Below are positions 36,301-50,041 of a stretch of 64,000 nucleotides of DNA, one piece after another. The stretch is from Octopus vulgaris (lineage: Eukaryota), in the NCBI GenBank assembly GCA_951406725.2, contig OX597816.1, forward strand, positions 16,926,001 to 16,990,000. Reading direction: 5' to 3'. Numbering within the stretch: position 1 is the first letter of the stretch; each line of letters begins with the position of its first letter. The notes beneath the pieces are model-generated. The model did no database searches. It saw only the letters and a program-made list of their open reading frames with translations, and was not told the origin of the DNA. A program made the translations under genes and the position numbers.

Positions 36301-38363
36301 AATTGAATTGTCCAAATTGAATCAGTTGTACCAATTATTTATTCAGCCAAGCAGATCCAACTGGGGCTGCTTAGCAATAATAACAATATCACGAACCATG
36401 CAGAATTTCAAGACTGGAGCATCATCATTTAAAAGTACATTTTAAAAATGCTATAAAAATATTTCCCCAAATAACTCAACCTCTTAAAGTCCAGTCAATT
36501 GAACAAATGAAACCAATAATGAATTACCATAAAAATCAATGAGTTTTTATATTTGCAAGGGAATTCAAAATTTTTTAATATCAAGCACAAAGAATAGATT
36601 TGTTTTGCATAACCAAGGGAAAAGATGAATATATTTTAACTGAAATCAACCAAGTTCTAAAAGTTATGTAAATATTAAACTGTTTATATTTTAGTCATCA
36701 AAAATTTTATAACTGTTTCAAATATAGACACAAGGTTTGAAATTTAGGGGACAGGGGTTAATTGATACTTTTAACCCAAATCCTTGATTGGTATTTATTT
36801 TATTGGCCCTAGGAGGATGAAAGGCAAAGTTGACCATATCAGGATTTGAACTTGGAATGTAAACAGTTGGAAGAAATACTGTAATGCATTTTACCAATAT
36901 TTTGACAATCCTACTTGTTCATGTAATGATAATGATGATGATGATGATGATATGACGATGATGACAATGATGATATAAGCAAAGATATCATAATAAAAGA
37001 TACTGGGAAGAAATTAAAATCTGCTAGGATAAAGGGCAAGCATCATCTATTTGAGTTCCTATTAGATCATTTTAAAACTTCAATTCTGCAAATTCCTCAA
37101 AATATAAATAAAAATGATCATGAACTGAATCACATGTATTGAGTTTCTGAGCAATTTCCACCCAATAATATGCCAAATTCATAGTAGAAATCTATTTAAT
37201 CCAGTTAATAGAGTGTTTTAGTAAATAAAAATAATAGTAATGATAACTTTTATTCCTATTCATACTGACTGCATAAAAATATAAAATGTCACTTTTTGCT
37301 AGTTATTGTTTAACTGCTTCCTATAACATTATCCAAAGTCACTTCCTGCACACACCTTTTCTCTGGACATTATTTATTCTGTTTCATTCTCTGAGACAAT
37401 ATTTCCTTCTTAAAATTTCAACTTTAGACAACTTACCCTCTACCAATTCTTTTATTACGACCCAAATTTTTTTATTATGTCCCAAATTTTAAACTAAACA
37501 TCACTTGACCTAATCTGTATGAAAGCTGCTGCAATGACTATAGGTACTCCTCAACCTTCTTGGGAAAAAATGTTTTTTAAAATCATATATGTCTATTTTG
37601 TTCATTCCTACTTTACAAGAAGCGTAGAACAACAGGTAATTTCTCATCCAAATTAGCCTCAGATATGATTTTGATTTCCACATAGCCATTTCATACTCCT
37701 TGTAATACTAAGCTTCTTTTAATAAACATTGAAGTCATTAACTATACTGAAATAATTAGGGAGGTACAACAGATGTAAAATGAGAGAGTTATGTTTTTCT
37801 TTTATTGCATCTGCATAGAATAGATAGCCATCACTTGTGTATTTATAAATATAATAGGCATCAACTCTACTCCTTAAATTGCAAATCAAGATGAATTTTA
37901 CTTTGTCATTTCAGTTTTCATTTCAAAATGGTAATGATTATATTTGGTTAACAGATCTATTTATGCATTCATCCATCCAATTGTCTGTACCTATAATTTT
38001 ATCTAAATCTCTATTGTGTACTGCTGAAATGTGTGTGTCCTGTGCTCTATCAATAAATACATAATGCTAGCAACAAAGAGTTTTTATCTCTGAGTGAAAG
38101 GCAAACTATGTTATATTTATGTATGAAGTATGATATTGCATGGTAAAGACACATGAGTGCTGCATATAAAGGTTGGAAAGAATTGAGCATCTGCTGTTGA
38201 ATGTTTGTCACAATGCATCAACAATGATACCTAAGCTGGGGAAAAACTGCACAACAGAGGTAATCCTCATAGAATGGAAAAGTAATGACTGCAAATTTAA
38301 GGACACATTATGCATCGTAAAATTATAGTTCTAAGGAGTATCAAACAATGCAAGATAAAATAA

Positions 38364-38568
38364 AGGGAAAGTTTACGAAAATAAACAAAAGACGAAGGCA
38401 GGTGGAGTACAAACAAACAAATGTATTAGTAGAGTGCTCAGGAATAGAAAAAGTCTTTTATGTTTCGAGCCTACGCTCTTCGACAGAAAGATACACAGAA
38501 AAAAAACAAGGAGAGAAAAAAAGGAGAGAAAAAAATGCGTGTAGTAGCTAACGATCTATCATGGCGTC
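38364..38568 (-). mobile_element. Penelope-type short insertion with 13-bp TSD
   Basis: CAAGATAAAATAA at 38351-38363 and 38569-38581; contains a hammerhead motif. Confidence 0.8.
38454..38491 (-). ncRNA. Minimal type I hammerhead motif with A6U core
   Basis: TCTTT-CTGTCGA-A-GAGC-gtag-GCTC-GAAA-CATA-AAAGA; perfect 5-bp stem I and 4-bp stem II. Confidence 0.6.
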
Positions 38569-39137
38569 CAAGATAAAATAAGCCTACTAAAAAGAAAGTT
38601 AAAAGATGTAGAAAGAAATGTTATTAGCTAGTTAATCTTTGCAAAGAAAACAATAAAGGAGAGTGAGAAGTGCAAAAAGGTGACATTGTATTGAAAGTGA
38701 TCCATCCAACACATACTAGCATAGAGAAGCAAATATAAACATGATAATGAGTCACAAGAAGGAGGATGGCACTCTTGAAATTCTTCCTTTGATTCAGCCT
38801 TTTGAACTCATAACTGAAGATAGACAGTTCATTATTCTTTAAGATAAGGAAAACACAGATGGTTTTGGACTATTTTTCTTCTTAGTTGTAAGTACTGTAA
38901 TTAATTATCAAATTTCACATATGATTGAAAAATCAAGTTAGACTGGATACTTATGATGGGCAGTGTTACAATATGCTCTTTGAAAAAATCTATGTATTTT
39001 TATCATTGCATGGGCATTCAAAATATGAGATTTGCATAAAAAAAACATAATCTGATATAATTACTTTACCATGTCAGGTAATTAACAATGTCACCTTAAA
39101 ACACAAGACAGGTTTTCAATGATTTAAAGAACACTGG

Positions 39138-39298
39138 GGGTATGTAAAAAGCATCCAGAACACTCTTAAGTGGTTGGAATTAGGAAGGGCATCCAGCTGT
39201 AGAAACCATACCACAACAGACAATTGGAATCTGGCCAACTCCATGTCAAACCGTCCATCCCATGCTAGCATGGAAAGCAGACATTAAATGATGATGAT
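39138..39298 (+). mobile_element. Older RTE-LINE tail
   Basis: ggaagggcatccagctgtagaaa...catgctagcatggaaagcagacattaaatgatgatg. Confidence 0.8.
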
Positions 39299-39759
39299 TA
39301 CAAGTACATGGCCACACCTCTGTGTGTATGTGTGTTTGTGTTGTGCATATGCACATGCTTTTGGAACTGATGATTTACTGCATTGATATGTTCACCAATC
39401 TTAAGACCAGAAAAAGATGTATATGGACACACTGATACACAGAGACTAACGGCCAGACAGACTGAAAGAAAGAAAGAAACATGTGTGTGCATGATAGTGA
39501 GAACATATGCATATGTGTGCGTGTGTGTGTGTTTGTGTGTGTGTGCATGAGTATGTGTGTGCATGTGTGTGCATCCACGCACAAACGTAACGTTCATTAT
39601 GGCCTTGAGATGTATTTGCATGCTGCTTATGTTTTGGGGGTGGAGACAGGAAATGAAACTGTTTCCTTGTTTTCTTGATATGTATGATGCTTATATCATT
39701 CTATAGCTGAAGGAAACATGATTGGCATGGCCTACAAGAGAATGTTTTCAAAGTATCTA

Positions 39760-40441
39760 TTTATTAGTCAGTGCAGATTTGGTGTGAGACAAGCTGCACG
39801 TAGCTGATGACTGGGTGCAGAAAGTTAGCAAAGAATGAAAGATGGCATCATATGTGGAGAAAGGGCAATGTTGGTGGTAATGGAAATAGCTTTGTTAGTG
39901 CACAAGATGAAGAATGAGGTGACGAAATTGAACTTTGTGGCACATTTTAGTTGACAGATCAAAGATCAACAGAGAACCCATGCATCTCTTATGGAGTTTT
40001 ATTGAGCAATTCCTTTGACAGATATTGTCAAATGCCTTGCTGATATCACAACACAGTTTTTACTCAATTTCTCAAAGACAAGGACCCACCAATTCATGGT
40101 ATATGAAAGTAGGTTCCCAGTATATATGGCTTAAAAAAATTATATTAGTGGTAATGAATGAGGGAAAGAGAGATTCAAGATGTGGGGAAAAATTTTTGTT
40201 GATGACTGATTCCATCACCTTTGAGATGTTGGAAGTGAATGCAATAGGGTGATAGTTGGTAATGTAAGAAAGGTTGCCCTTTTGGCAAGTATAACACTTC
40301 ATAACAAGTTTCCCAAGATTGGAACAGATAACTGTAGATAGAAAATTGAGAGTTCAGTGACACACAGCTTGAGGGTAATGGAAGGGACTTAATCAGAGTC
40401 AGTGGTCTTGTTGGTATGAACCAACCAAAAATGCTTTCAGA

Positions 40442-40488
<47 letters not shown>

Positions 40489-40980
40489 TGTGCGTGTGTG
40501 TGTGCGCGCGCGCGCGTGTGTGTGTGTATGCATGTGGTATTGTGCTTGGTGGAAAGGTATAGTTCTCTTTGAGAATATACAGAACCATCATGGCTGAAAA
40601 GTGTAAAGAAGTATTCTGCAGATTTTATACTGATTCTTTTGGTAAGTGGCCAAAAAGGATCAATGGTAGCTTGGGATGCGGCGGGTTTTTGTGGTTTAAT
40701 CAATGAACAGAGGCATCTTTAACATTTTGATGGTGGTTTGGCAAAGGCCATCCAGTTTTTAAGACTAGAGGATTTTTTCCAAGCAGACATGCAAAGTATC
40801 ATATGTTTTGTGCATTTGGCTATGTTTAAGATATATAGAGAGAGACATAGTCAAGTAGATTGTTTTAATCACCTACTCATCTCCGTTAAGTTAGAAATGA
40901 AGTGTGTGTGTGCTGACAGGACTGTAAGCACAGAACTGAGAGAAATCTGACCAATTTGAAGAGTCATTGAGTCTGGGAGG
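39760..40980 (-). mobile_element. Decayed CR1-like LINE (pre-RT and RT), split by (TG)n at 40445-40527
   Basis: QKGNLSYITNYHPIAFTSNISKVMESVIN (cf. KKGD...NYRPIALTS..SKVME) and FWPLTKRIS. Confidence 0.75.
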
Positions 40981-41429
40981 CAGCACACTTATCTATGCAT
41001 CTATACATGCACAAATATTTATAGAAATTCCCATATATCATATAAAATACTCGACAATTATCAATTAAGTTTATCAGATTTACATAACTATTTTCCCTTA
41101 ATTATTTAGACTAAAAAACAACTGCAAAAGTTTCACATTTCAAATGTTACACTTTTGCTGAACTCCTTATAAGAACATGCTTTTCATTCCCTACCTTGTT
41201 TCTTGTCTCAGATATATAATTAACATTGTTTAGAGAATAAACTCTTGAAGACTGTGCCCAGCCATTCAGTAACCTAAATCAGTAAAAAATAACAGTAAAA
41301 AAATATACTGGTTGGAAGTCCAGCCCTGTGTTGATGATATATTTGTCTAACCACATGAATGCAAACATGCAAAATGATATAAGCTGGAAAACGCTTGATC
41401 ATAAGTTTACTGAATCAGGGCTGACCTGA

Positions 41430-41598
41430 TGATCATTATCACTGTTCGACCGTGGTCAAGACAATGGAATTTACTATGTTACGCCAGACTTCACGGTTCA
41501 TCATAGCATTACGGAAATCCTGTTGCTGGATGCCTGTATCCCTGGATATTACATCAGGGTAGGAGAGTGTGCGCCCTCTGGTATCACGAGCAGAGTTT
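41430..41598 (-). mobile_element. RTE-type LINE 3' end (third lineage) with 10-bp TSD
   Basis: RGRTLSYPDVISRDTGIQQQDFRNAMMNREVWRNIV; GCTGACCTGA at 41420-41429 and 41599-41608. Confidence 0.8.
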
Positions 41599-44436
41599 GC
41601 TGACCTGAAGCTCAACAACATGTATGCTCAGCAAGGACATGTATTGCATAAAATGACTTAGTTTTTCATGCAATCCTTGTCAAAAATAAATTGAATTGTG
41701 GTAAGAAAGAAAAATTAAAAATATAAACTTTAGATTTTATGATAAATTATGAAATAAATATTCAGAAATATTTTATACATATAGTTGCTATCAGAATAAT
41801 TGTTGGATATATGAAGTACAGTGATGGTTATTTCTTCTGAAATAAAGCTGGTCTTTCATAGCTTAATGTAATTAATCAATATATCCAAACCACTTCTAAA
41901 TGGTTTGAGCATGAGTTATTAAATAACACATCTGACACTGTTGTTCATGGTTCTCAAAATCCAAATTAAATATGTTAACAGTGTCATTCTTTCACAACAC
42001 ATACTACTGTATTATATCAAATCATAAAATTTGAAGAAAACTGTGGTATTAGTAACTGAGAATAAAATTGATTTTGGAATTTTATCTGTAACTCATCTCC
42101 ATAATTTCATAGCAAACACTCTTTGTTTATAGTAAAGGATAGGGGAATACAGAGCAGCAGGAGGAATATCTGAAACAAAAGCAGATATGCAGTTCATGAA
42201 TAATTGCACAATATTTGCTGTCTGAAAATTTGATTAGTACATTTGATAATAATATATTATTATCCTTGAAGTAGGATTTTGAAATACATCATTTAACTTG
42301 AAATCTTCAATCCAATACACCAGATGTTTGAAATCTATACACATGAGATTTTAGCAAAGCATTGATCTGGATTTAACTATAGAATCAATTTAACAAAAAC
42401 TACGAGTTTGAAACTCATCAGAAAAACATGATTTAAGAGATTACAAGGAAAGAAATATGTAAATGCATGACCTACTGATGCTAAATAGAAAGAATTATGC
42501 ATGTTTAGTTATAAAGGCATGAATAAAGACTTCACAAGGAAATAAAAACAAGACGAAGATTTCCTGAGATAGCAGCAGTAAGTATAACCACAGGGTCTTT
42601 GAAATTTAATAGAATAATTATGTACCCAATATACAAAACATGCTTTTTTCGGGAAAAGACATTAAAATAATGATAATTTGGTTGCTGAAGATTATGGTAA
42701 TAGAGCTAAATGCTATAAAACTATGTAAACAATTAAAAGATACTTAATTGTTTTATCCTGTTTCATTAAAAATAATCTATAAATAATGATCATATAGAAA
42801 ATAAAAAAAGAATATTGATATTTCAAATTGCTGCTTGCAATAAGACTAGCTGTTATTTATTTGTGTTATTATACTTTAATAATCTTGAAAAATGTCGTAA
42901 AAGTTTGTAAATATATTCTTATTTGCACTCAGTCACCTATGTAGGTTACAGCAATATAAAAATTATTTTTCCATCAAAGTTGTGAATAAAGTATGAAAAG
43001 AAAAGAAAATTATTTTCCATGTTTTCAGAAGTAAATTCATACAATTCTTTCTCCATAATAACTATGCTTGAATTAGAAATGCCAAATATATGGCAGTTAC
43101 ATTTATAAAAAATTCACGTTTTCAAATATTTTTCAGGTTTTTATGTTTTTTTTTTATAAAAATGTGTTCTTAATGTAATTTTCTTCACATTTATCGATGA
43201 ATATTTCAATGCATATGTTGAAGTAAAACAAAAATATAGTTATAACAGATAATTATTGAACACTTTCTGTAAGTTATACTTCTCTTGATCAGTTATATAG
43301 AATTTTATGTTTAATTAATATTTTTCTTTTTTTATATACTTACAAGCTGTTAATTTTGAGAAATTTACATTCTTTTTTCTTTTTACTATATTAGAATGAA
43401 CTGAAAGGTAGACATTGTCACAAGTTCAAATTGTTTGTAATTCTCAAAATAAAGTAGTTTTTTGTAAATACTTATCATAATTTCTTTATTGTGATTCGTT
43501 ATTACATAAAGATTATTTTTAAAATTTTGAAAGCAATACAATCAAATTGTTGTTGCTTTAACAGTAATTTTCAAGAAAATATCCATAGGCATTATCAGAT
43601 GAAATTGCTACACTGCTGAATATATAGGCACAAGTCTGCACCTTACCATATTCAAGTAACATTTTTTAATTGGTTCTTTTCCATTCTCATTCCACCCATA
43701 CTGGTGAGATCAATTTGGTCAATGGTTTTCATGAATAATTGCAAGTCAACAGATACAAGAATTTCAGAAGCTAAAAGTCTTGGGGAGGAAAGACAGGGAA
43801 GTAGTGAAAAGTGCAGGTCTTTTGGGACAATGGAGACAGGTGGAAACAATATGGGCGATGAGAGGAGAGATGAACAAAGAGTATCTAAATGAAGGTGGAA
43901 TAAGACCAGCTATCTTCAAGAAGAGGCCACTGCAATAGCTGGTAGAAATGTCAGTAAAAAACGTCTAAACAAAATTTATAACACAATTTCTAATAGGGAC
44001 AAGTAATGACCAAGAAATCTTTAAAATCCCAGAATAATAAAGGGCTTCTTTATGTTTTAAAAAGGAAATAACAAGGTATATTTATCAAATTCATTACAAG
44101 GTAGAAGATTAATACCTTTGCCGTATGCAATTGTAGACAATAGAGCATAAATGTAATGCCAGCGAATATTTTAATAAAAGCAACAAGTTTCTGAGATTTC
44201 ACTGGGAGATACAAGCAATTTTAACAGTCATACTGAGAAACATTAGAACTAATGAGCTAAATTTAAACTATTACACATGAAAAAAAGAATCCAAAAGATC
44301 CAGTGGATTCTAAGAGAGAGCAAATTAAAGATCAATTAGATGGAGCTGAAAATCATTAAACATTGTTTTGTCCAGGAAAAAGTCAGAGAGAATTACTGAA
44401 AGAGGACTGAAAATTCCTTACTCAAAAAGAATAAAT

Positions 44437-44833
44437 TCTTTATATATAAAAGTGAAGTTGTGTGTCTGTCTCCTACGATTTAGATTCCTAACTACTCCCA
44501 CATTTTGCGGTGCAGTTTAACCAAAACCGGGTATCTTATAGTCGTGATTCATATCGAGCCCTTCTGGGTATTAGCGTGCATCTACGATGAGTCTACGATT
44601 TAAAAAAAATTTACCATCATTTTTTTTCCATTTTAATGTATTTTTTTCGCTATTATATAAGGGAAGTAACTCTCAAAAAATGTCTACGATGAGTCAACGA
44701 TTTAAAAAAAAATTTACCATCATTTTTTTCCATTTTTAGTGCAGTTTTTGCTATTTTTTGGCTATAACTCTCTAAAAATGCTTATATAGTTATTTTCCTT
44801 ACAAACCCGAGCAACGCCGGGCGATACTGCTAG
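44437..44833 (+). mobile_element. Non-autonomous Helitron, copy 2
   Basis: TC...cccgagcaacgccggg...CTAG|t; highly similar to 18552-18950. Confidence 0.85.
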
Positions 44834-45424
44834 TTCATGTATAAATTAAACTATTAATAATAGAACTACCTGGAATGAAGATAAGGGGAAATATACTACA
44901 TATCATATAGAAATAATAAAATATCTCAGCAAAATCAATTCAAACACTGCATGAAGGCTGGAGCAGAAGGAACTGAAGAAAAAATTGTCTTTCACCAAAA
45001 TATTACATCCACAAAAATCATGTATAATGAAGAAAATTATATTAACAGTAAGAATGCAAAAGAAACTCCTCAAAATAAAATCTTCATAAATGTTATAAGT
45101 ACATAAAGAAAGAAGAGATATTTTTGGTTGAGTAAGATAAAAACCAAGATTTTAGTTGTGCTAGATATATCACACAGTGAATAGTATGAATAAACCATAA
45201 ACTGAAGACCATTAACTGTATGGAGGCCTCACTGGAAGTAATAGATCACTTCTCTTAATAAAATTGGAAACTTAATAGTGCAAGTCTAAGTTTTAATAAT
45301 ATAGGAAATTGAAAACTTTTATGTAATGCAACATCTCAGTGACAAAAGACTACTCCCCTCTTTCTTTCTCTTTATAATGACAACAGATAAAATGAGTTCC
45401 TATCCAGCTTGGCATTACATTACA

Positions 45425-45648
45425 TTCGACCTTTTCATGACCATATTTCTAATGTAATATGCCACACACATATTTAAATTAATTTTGAAAACAATCAAGA
45501 ACTTAGCAAAGTTTAGTGAAGTAACTAACTTGTTCATTATCATGCTGGTACTGATTGGTTTTAATTTAGATGCAAAGACTTTAAAATAGACAGCTTTGTA
45601 TCATAGAGCCAGAGGCTGTCTCGTGTAGCTTGGAATCAAAAGGATTAA
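45425..45648. mobile_element. Decayed piggyBac-like MITE
   Basis: Shares agagccagagg...aaaaggattaa end with 27545-27598. Confidence 0.45.
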
Positions 45649-47847
45649 TGAGCAATCAACAAAATAAGTAGAGAATGGCTTATTGGTTTTGCAATATTAA
45701 CTGATAAGAAAATGTGATCCTTAATAGATAGAGAAAATCACTGAACATCAAAGACATTGGCTTATTTATGCAGGAAAGAATACGGAACATTTATACACAT
45801 TTCCTGAAAATTATATATTCTGAGAGAATAAGTCCTTTGGGCTGTTAGTAGTACCAAATCATGACAGAAGTAGATCAAAGACAATTTGGTAGGAAGTAAT
45901 TAAATAAATGAAGAAAATATGAGATTAGCCAAAATCAAAGTGTAAAATAAAGATATTCTGCATATCTGCATATTTAGAATGGAATAGGAAAATGACAAAG
46001 ATGATAAAAGAATCTTCAATAAAAGACATTCTTCAGTTCAATAGTTTATCATCAAGAACCAAGCTGTCAGAACCATGCCAAGTCTTTCTCTTCATTAGAA
46101 TAGCTTCCCATAAAGTTTTATGAGAAGCATACACTTAATGATCTTGAGACAATATATTCTTTTAAATATGTTAACAAATAAGATATTTTTTTCCATTAAA
46201 AGGTTTGAAAATTTACAGAAATGCCAGCATTGCCTTCTATATTAAAGACAGATACAGTGAATAATTTACATGTAGATTTCAACCTATAGAATGTTGATAT
46301 GCACAAATATTTCAAATAAAACACTGAATTTAATTAATATTGTTATCATTACAAATTTTGTAGTTTTTTGTTTGCTTATTTTAACACTAAATACTAATGA
46401 CATATGGGATTCCTGTAATGGTTACTTTGATTCTGCAAATTATTGGCTCTGAGGTTAAATATAATAGGTCTGATCAAGATCAAAGTTAGGATATTTTTTT
46501 AATTAAAACTATGCATTGTTGCAAATATCATTGATTAATAATGAAATTAATTAAAGTATAGAAGTAAAGCATTTAAATGGAAATTATAGATACAAATGAA
46601 ATATATAATGAAATATATTAGATATAAATGAAATCAAGAAATAACATCTTGAATGAACTTTCTAATTAATAGTAATTGCTTAAGACATGTAAATATAATT
46701 AACAAAAGTATCCAGATTAAAAAAGAAAACTATTAAAAGCACTCTCCCATTAAAACATTCACTTAAATTCACTTACACAGTTATAACAACATGATTTGCA
46801 TATAATTCCAGATACGACTATGAAAATGCAACTACAACACCTAAGAAAAATTCATGTTAAAGCTAAAAGGATGATGTTAAAAAAATGTATTTTGAAATTT
46901 AATAGAATATATACATGTGTATAATATACGGTTAACATTTTACTAACATAAGAGATTGAAATCAGATTATGATACAATTAAGAACAATGTAAAAGAATAC
47001 CGTGGAAATAATTTGTGAAATAGCTTAGATTGAATAGAAACTTAAAAGAAGATATTATAAATAAAAATATGGAAAAGAACAGAAGTTTTTAATTTATAGT
47101 TTGTAGTTGTCAAATGTATTGACAATGTACATTTGTTTATTTCTTGAAAATCGGTCTGAGTGGAACTGAAGTGATGGTTCTTCCCAGATAACTTGAGTTT
47201 TATCTTGAGGCAACTATATCATAAACTTATATGAAGAGGGCTGAATAATAGCTAACCAGTTGGAAGTGATTTGGTACTTAATGCAGTTAAAAATTATACA
47301 TAACATCACAGTTGAAGAAACAGTAAATCAGACAATCATTTGCTATTCAGTAATGATAAAAGTGTATTGAGATTTGTTTATAAGAAGAACACTTGACATT
47401 TCCAACCAGAAAAGACCATCTAATAAACTATACTTTTCATCCTTAGAAATCAAAACTATTTATTTATTAATTTATTTATAAATTACTTTTTGGTTCACTC
47501 TTCATGTTTTAATAGACACTTTTACTCCATAATTTCAGCAGTAAATAATATCAAATTGTACTCTATTTAATTCTGTGTTTATTTTTATGACTGTATAAGT
47601 TAATCAATTTTAGATCTTATATTTTAGATCCAAGCCAATGATAGTTTAAACCCAATGAATAAAAGCACAACAATGAAATGCAATGCATTGTGTGTGTGTG
47701 TGTGTGTATTATACATACACATACATAAATACATACATATATATATATGTATGTATGTATGTATGTATCCAACCCATGCCAACATGGAGAGCAGGCGTTA
47801 AACGACAATGATAATAATATATATATATATGTATATATATATACATA

Positions 47848-48116
47848 GGCGGCGAGCTGGCAGAATCGTTAGCACGCCGGGCGATATAGGCACCGAGCTG
47901 GCAGAATCGTTAGCACGCCGGGCGAAATGCGTAGCCGTATTTCGTCTGTCTTGACGTTCTGCGTTGAACTTCCGCTGAGGTCGACTTTGCCTTTCATCCT
48001 TTCAGGGGTCCATAAATTAAGTACCAGTAATGCACTGGCGTTGATGTAATCGACTTAATCCGTTTTTCTGTCCTTGTTTGTCCCCTCTATATTTAACCCC
48101 TTGTGGGTAATAAAGA

Positions 48117-48118
<2 letters not shown>
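47848..48118 (+). mobile_element. SINE family B with duplicated head
   Basis: gagctggcagaatcgttagcacgccgggcga occurs twice in tandem. Confidence 0.9.
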
Positions 48119-48157
<39 letters not shown>

Positions 48158-48537
48158 AGAGAGAGAGAGAGAGAGAGTAGTGATATAAAAAAGCAATATG
48201 AGACACACGTCTGCTTTTAGATAGGAGTATACACATTCACATCCTAATTAGTTGTGTCTATTTGTTAAGATGTGTGGATGGTATTTCCAGGTGGAATTGA
48301 GAAGTCTGAGTTTCTGTAGTTTCATTAGCATCTTCAATGTGATTATTGTATTGAAAGCTGGGTTATATTGTATGAAAGACATCCTTATGTAATTATTAAC
48401 TGTCAAAAAGCACATGTTTAAACGAAAGCAATTGATCCCATACCATAATCAATAAGTTTGATCTAAATTTAAACCTTAATGTTAGCTAGTATCATTGGTG
48501 TGCATGTATGTTTATGCATGTGTGTGTGCATGGTCCA

Positions 48538-48585
<48 letters not shown>

Positions 48586-48631
48586 ATGTGTGTATGGCTA
48601 AAAGTTTTCAATTCAAATCATAAAAGAATTA

Positions 48632-50041
48632 GGTAAAGGTTATAGCATTTAAGCACTTAATACACAGGAAGGAGAATTTGAGAAACATAATCAAATTCTG
48701 GACACACTAGACTTGATGGAATGTGTTACATTGAATGCTATGATGATATGATAGGTATTTTCTGATGCTATGATAGGTATTTTTAGTAAGAACGAAGTCA
48801 TTGGTTTTAATTGATTTTGTAATAAGGTAACTTAATGTCTGTAGATTATGATCAAAATAACATCAAATACTATCCCTACAAATGTCAAATATAATACATG
48901 TGTCAGTAGAAAACACAACATGAAAATCCATGAAATGAACAAACTTATATATATAAGAGTATCTGAGAAATATGTATAAGGTGTTAATAGTGTGCTTTTT
49001 GAAAACTTTAAGCAAAATATGAAAAAAAGAATAAAAATTGTTTCTAACATGTTTTCTCAAATAGAACCCACCAGCAATCCTATTGTAAAGGGGATTCTTT
49101 TAAGAGACATAAATTTTATATTTGTATATGAACAAACCGATAGAAATTTTGACTAATTTGTTATAATTTTTATGGTTTAACCAAAAAGAAGGGACTGTAT
49201 CTATGATTTCATCAACCTTCTGAAACTGGTGAGATTGATGTGATTGATGTTCTTAGTAATCATCCGCAAATCAACAACTGTGAAAAGACATAGGCAAGAA
49301 AAGATTTCCAATAGGCCAACATTCAAGGGAAGAGGGATTAGACATAGCAGTTAGTGTAGAGCCTACAAAGACAGGGCCACTTACTAAGGACGAAGGGAAA
49401 GTGGGAGTTTGAATGGAGGTGGTTTAAAACTAATTCTATAGAAGTTTGAAATAAGTTGGTGAGTGAGCAACTGCTAGTCAACCAAATGGCTTTCTTTTAA
49501 AAGCAATCAATGATGTTCATGTGTATTGTAGATTTGGGAGTAGTATTCCATTGTAGATCCCAATTGAGATTCATAGATTCTCAACAAATATTCAGTCAAA
49601 GTATTTCCTCGTGATTCTAACACAGCAGTTTCTGTTACATTAGGGATATAAGATCACTGAAAAAGATCGTTAGAGAGTGTGTGGATAGTATGTGTAGGAT
49701 TTTAATTGTGTTGTGAAAGGTTTGAGTGTAAGAGGCATGAGATTATTTTGATATGAGCAGTGATTATGTATATGTGCATTTGAAAAACTGACCTGCTCAA
49801 TAGATTTATGTTTCAAGGTCCCTGTTTATGAGAGCAATATAGTTTTGACGAGGTATCTTGATGATACATTCATGATGATAACTGCGAGCAAGATGTTGGG
49901 GGTGGAGAAGAATGCCATTCGCATAGGAATGATTGTTGGTAAAGGTTATAGCATTTAAGCACTTAATACACATGAAGGAGAATTTGAGAAACATAATCAA
50001 ATTCTGGACACACTAGACTTGATGGAATGTGTTACATTGAA
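48632..50041. repeat. 104-bp direct repeat pair (48632-48735 and 49938-50041), 1 mismatch
   Basis: ggtaaaggttatagcatttaagcacttaatacaca(g/t)gaaggagaatttgag...gttacattgaa. Confidence 0.9.

Noticed and set aside
39805-39830. CTGATGA...GAAA motif
   Set aside because: Lies antisense within the CR1 RT relic with negligible stems; chance match.
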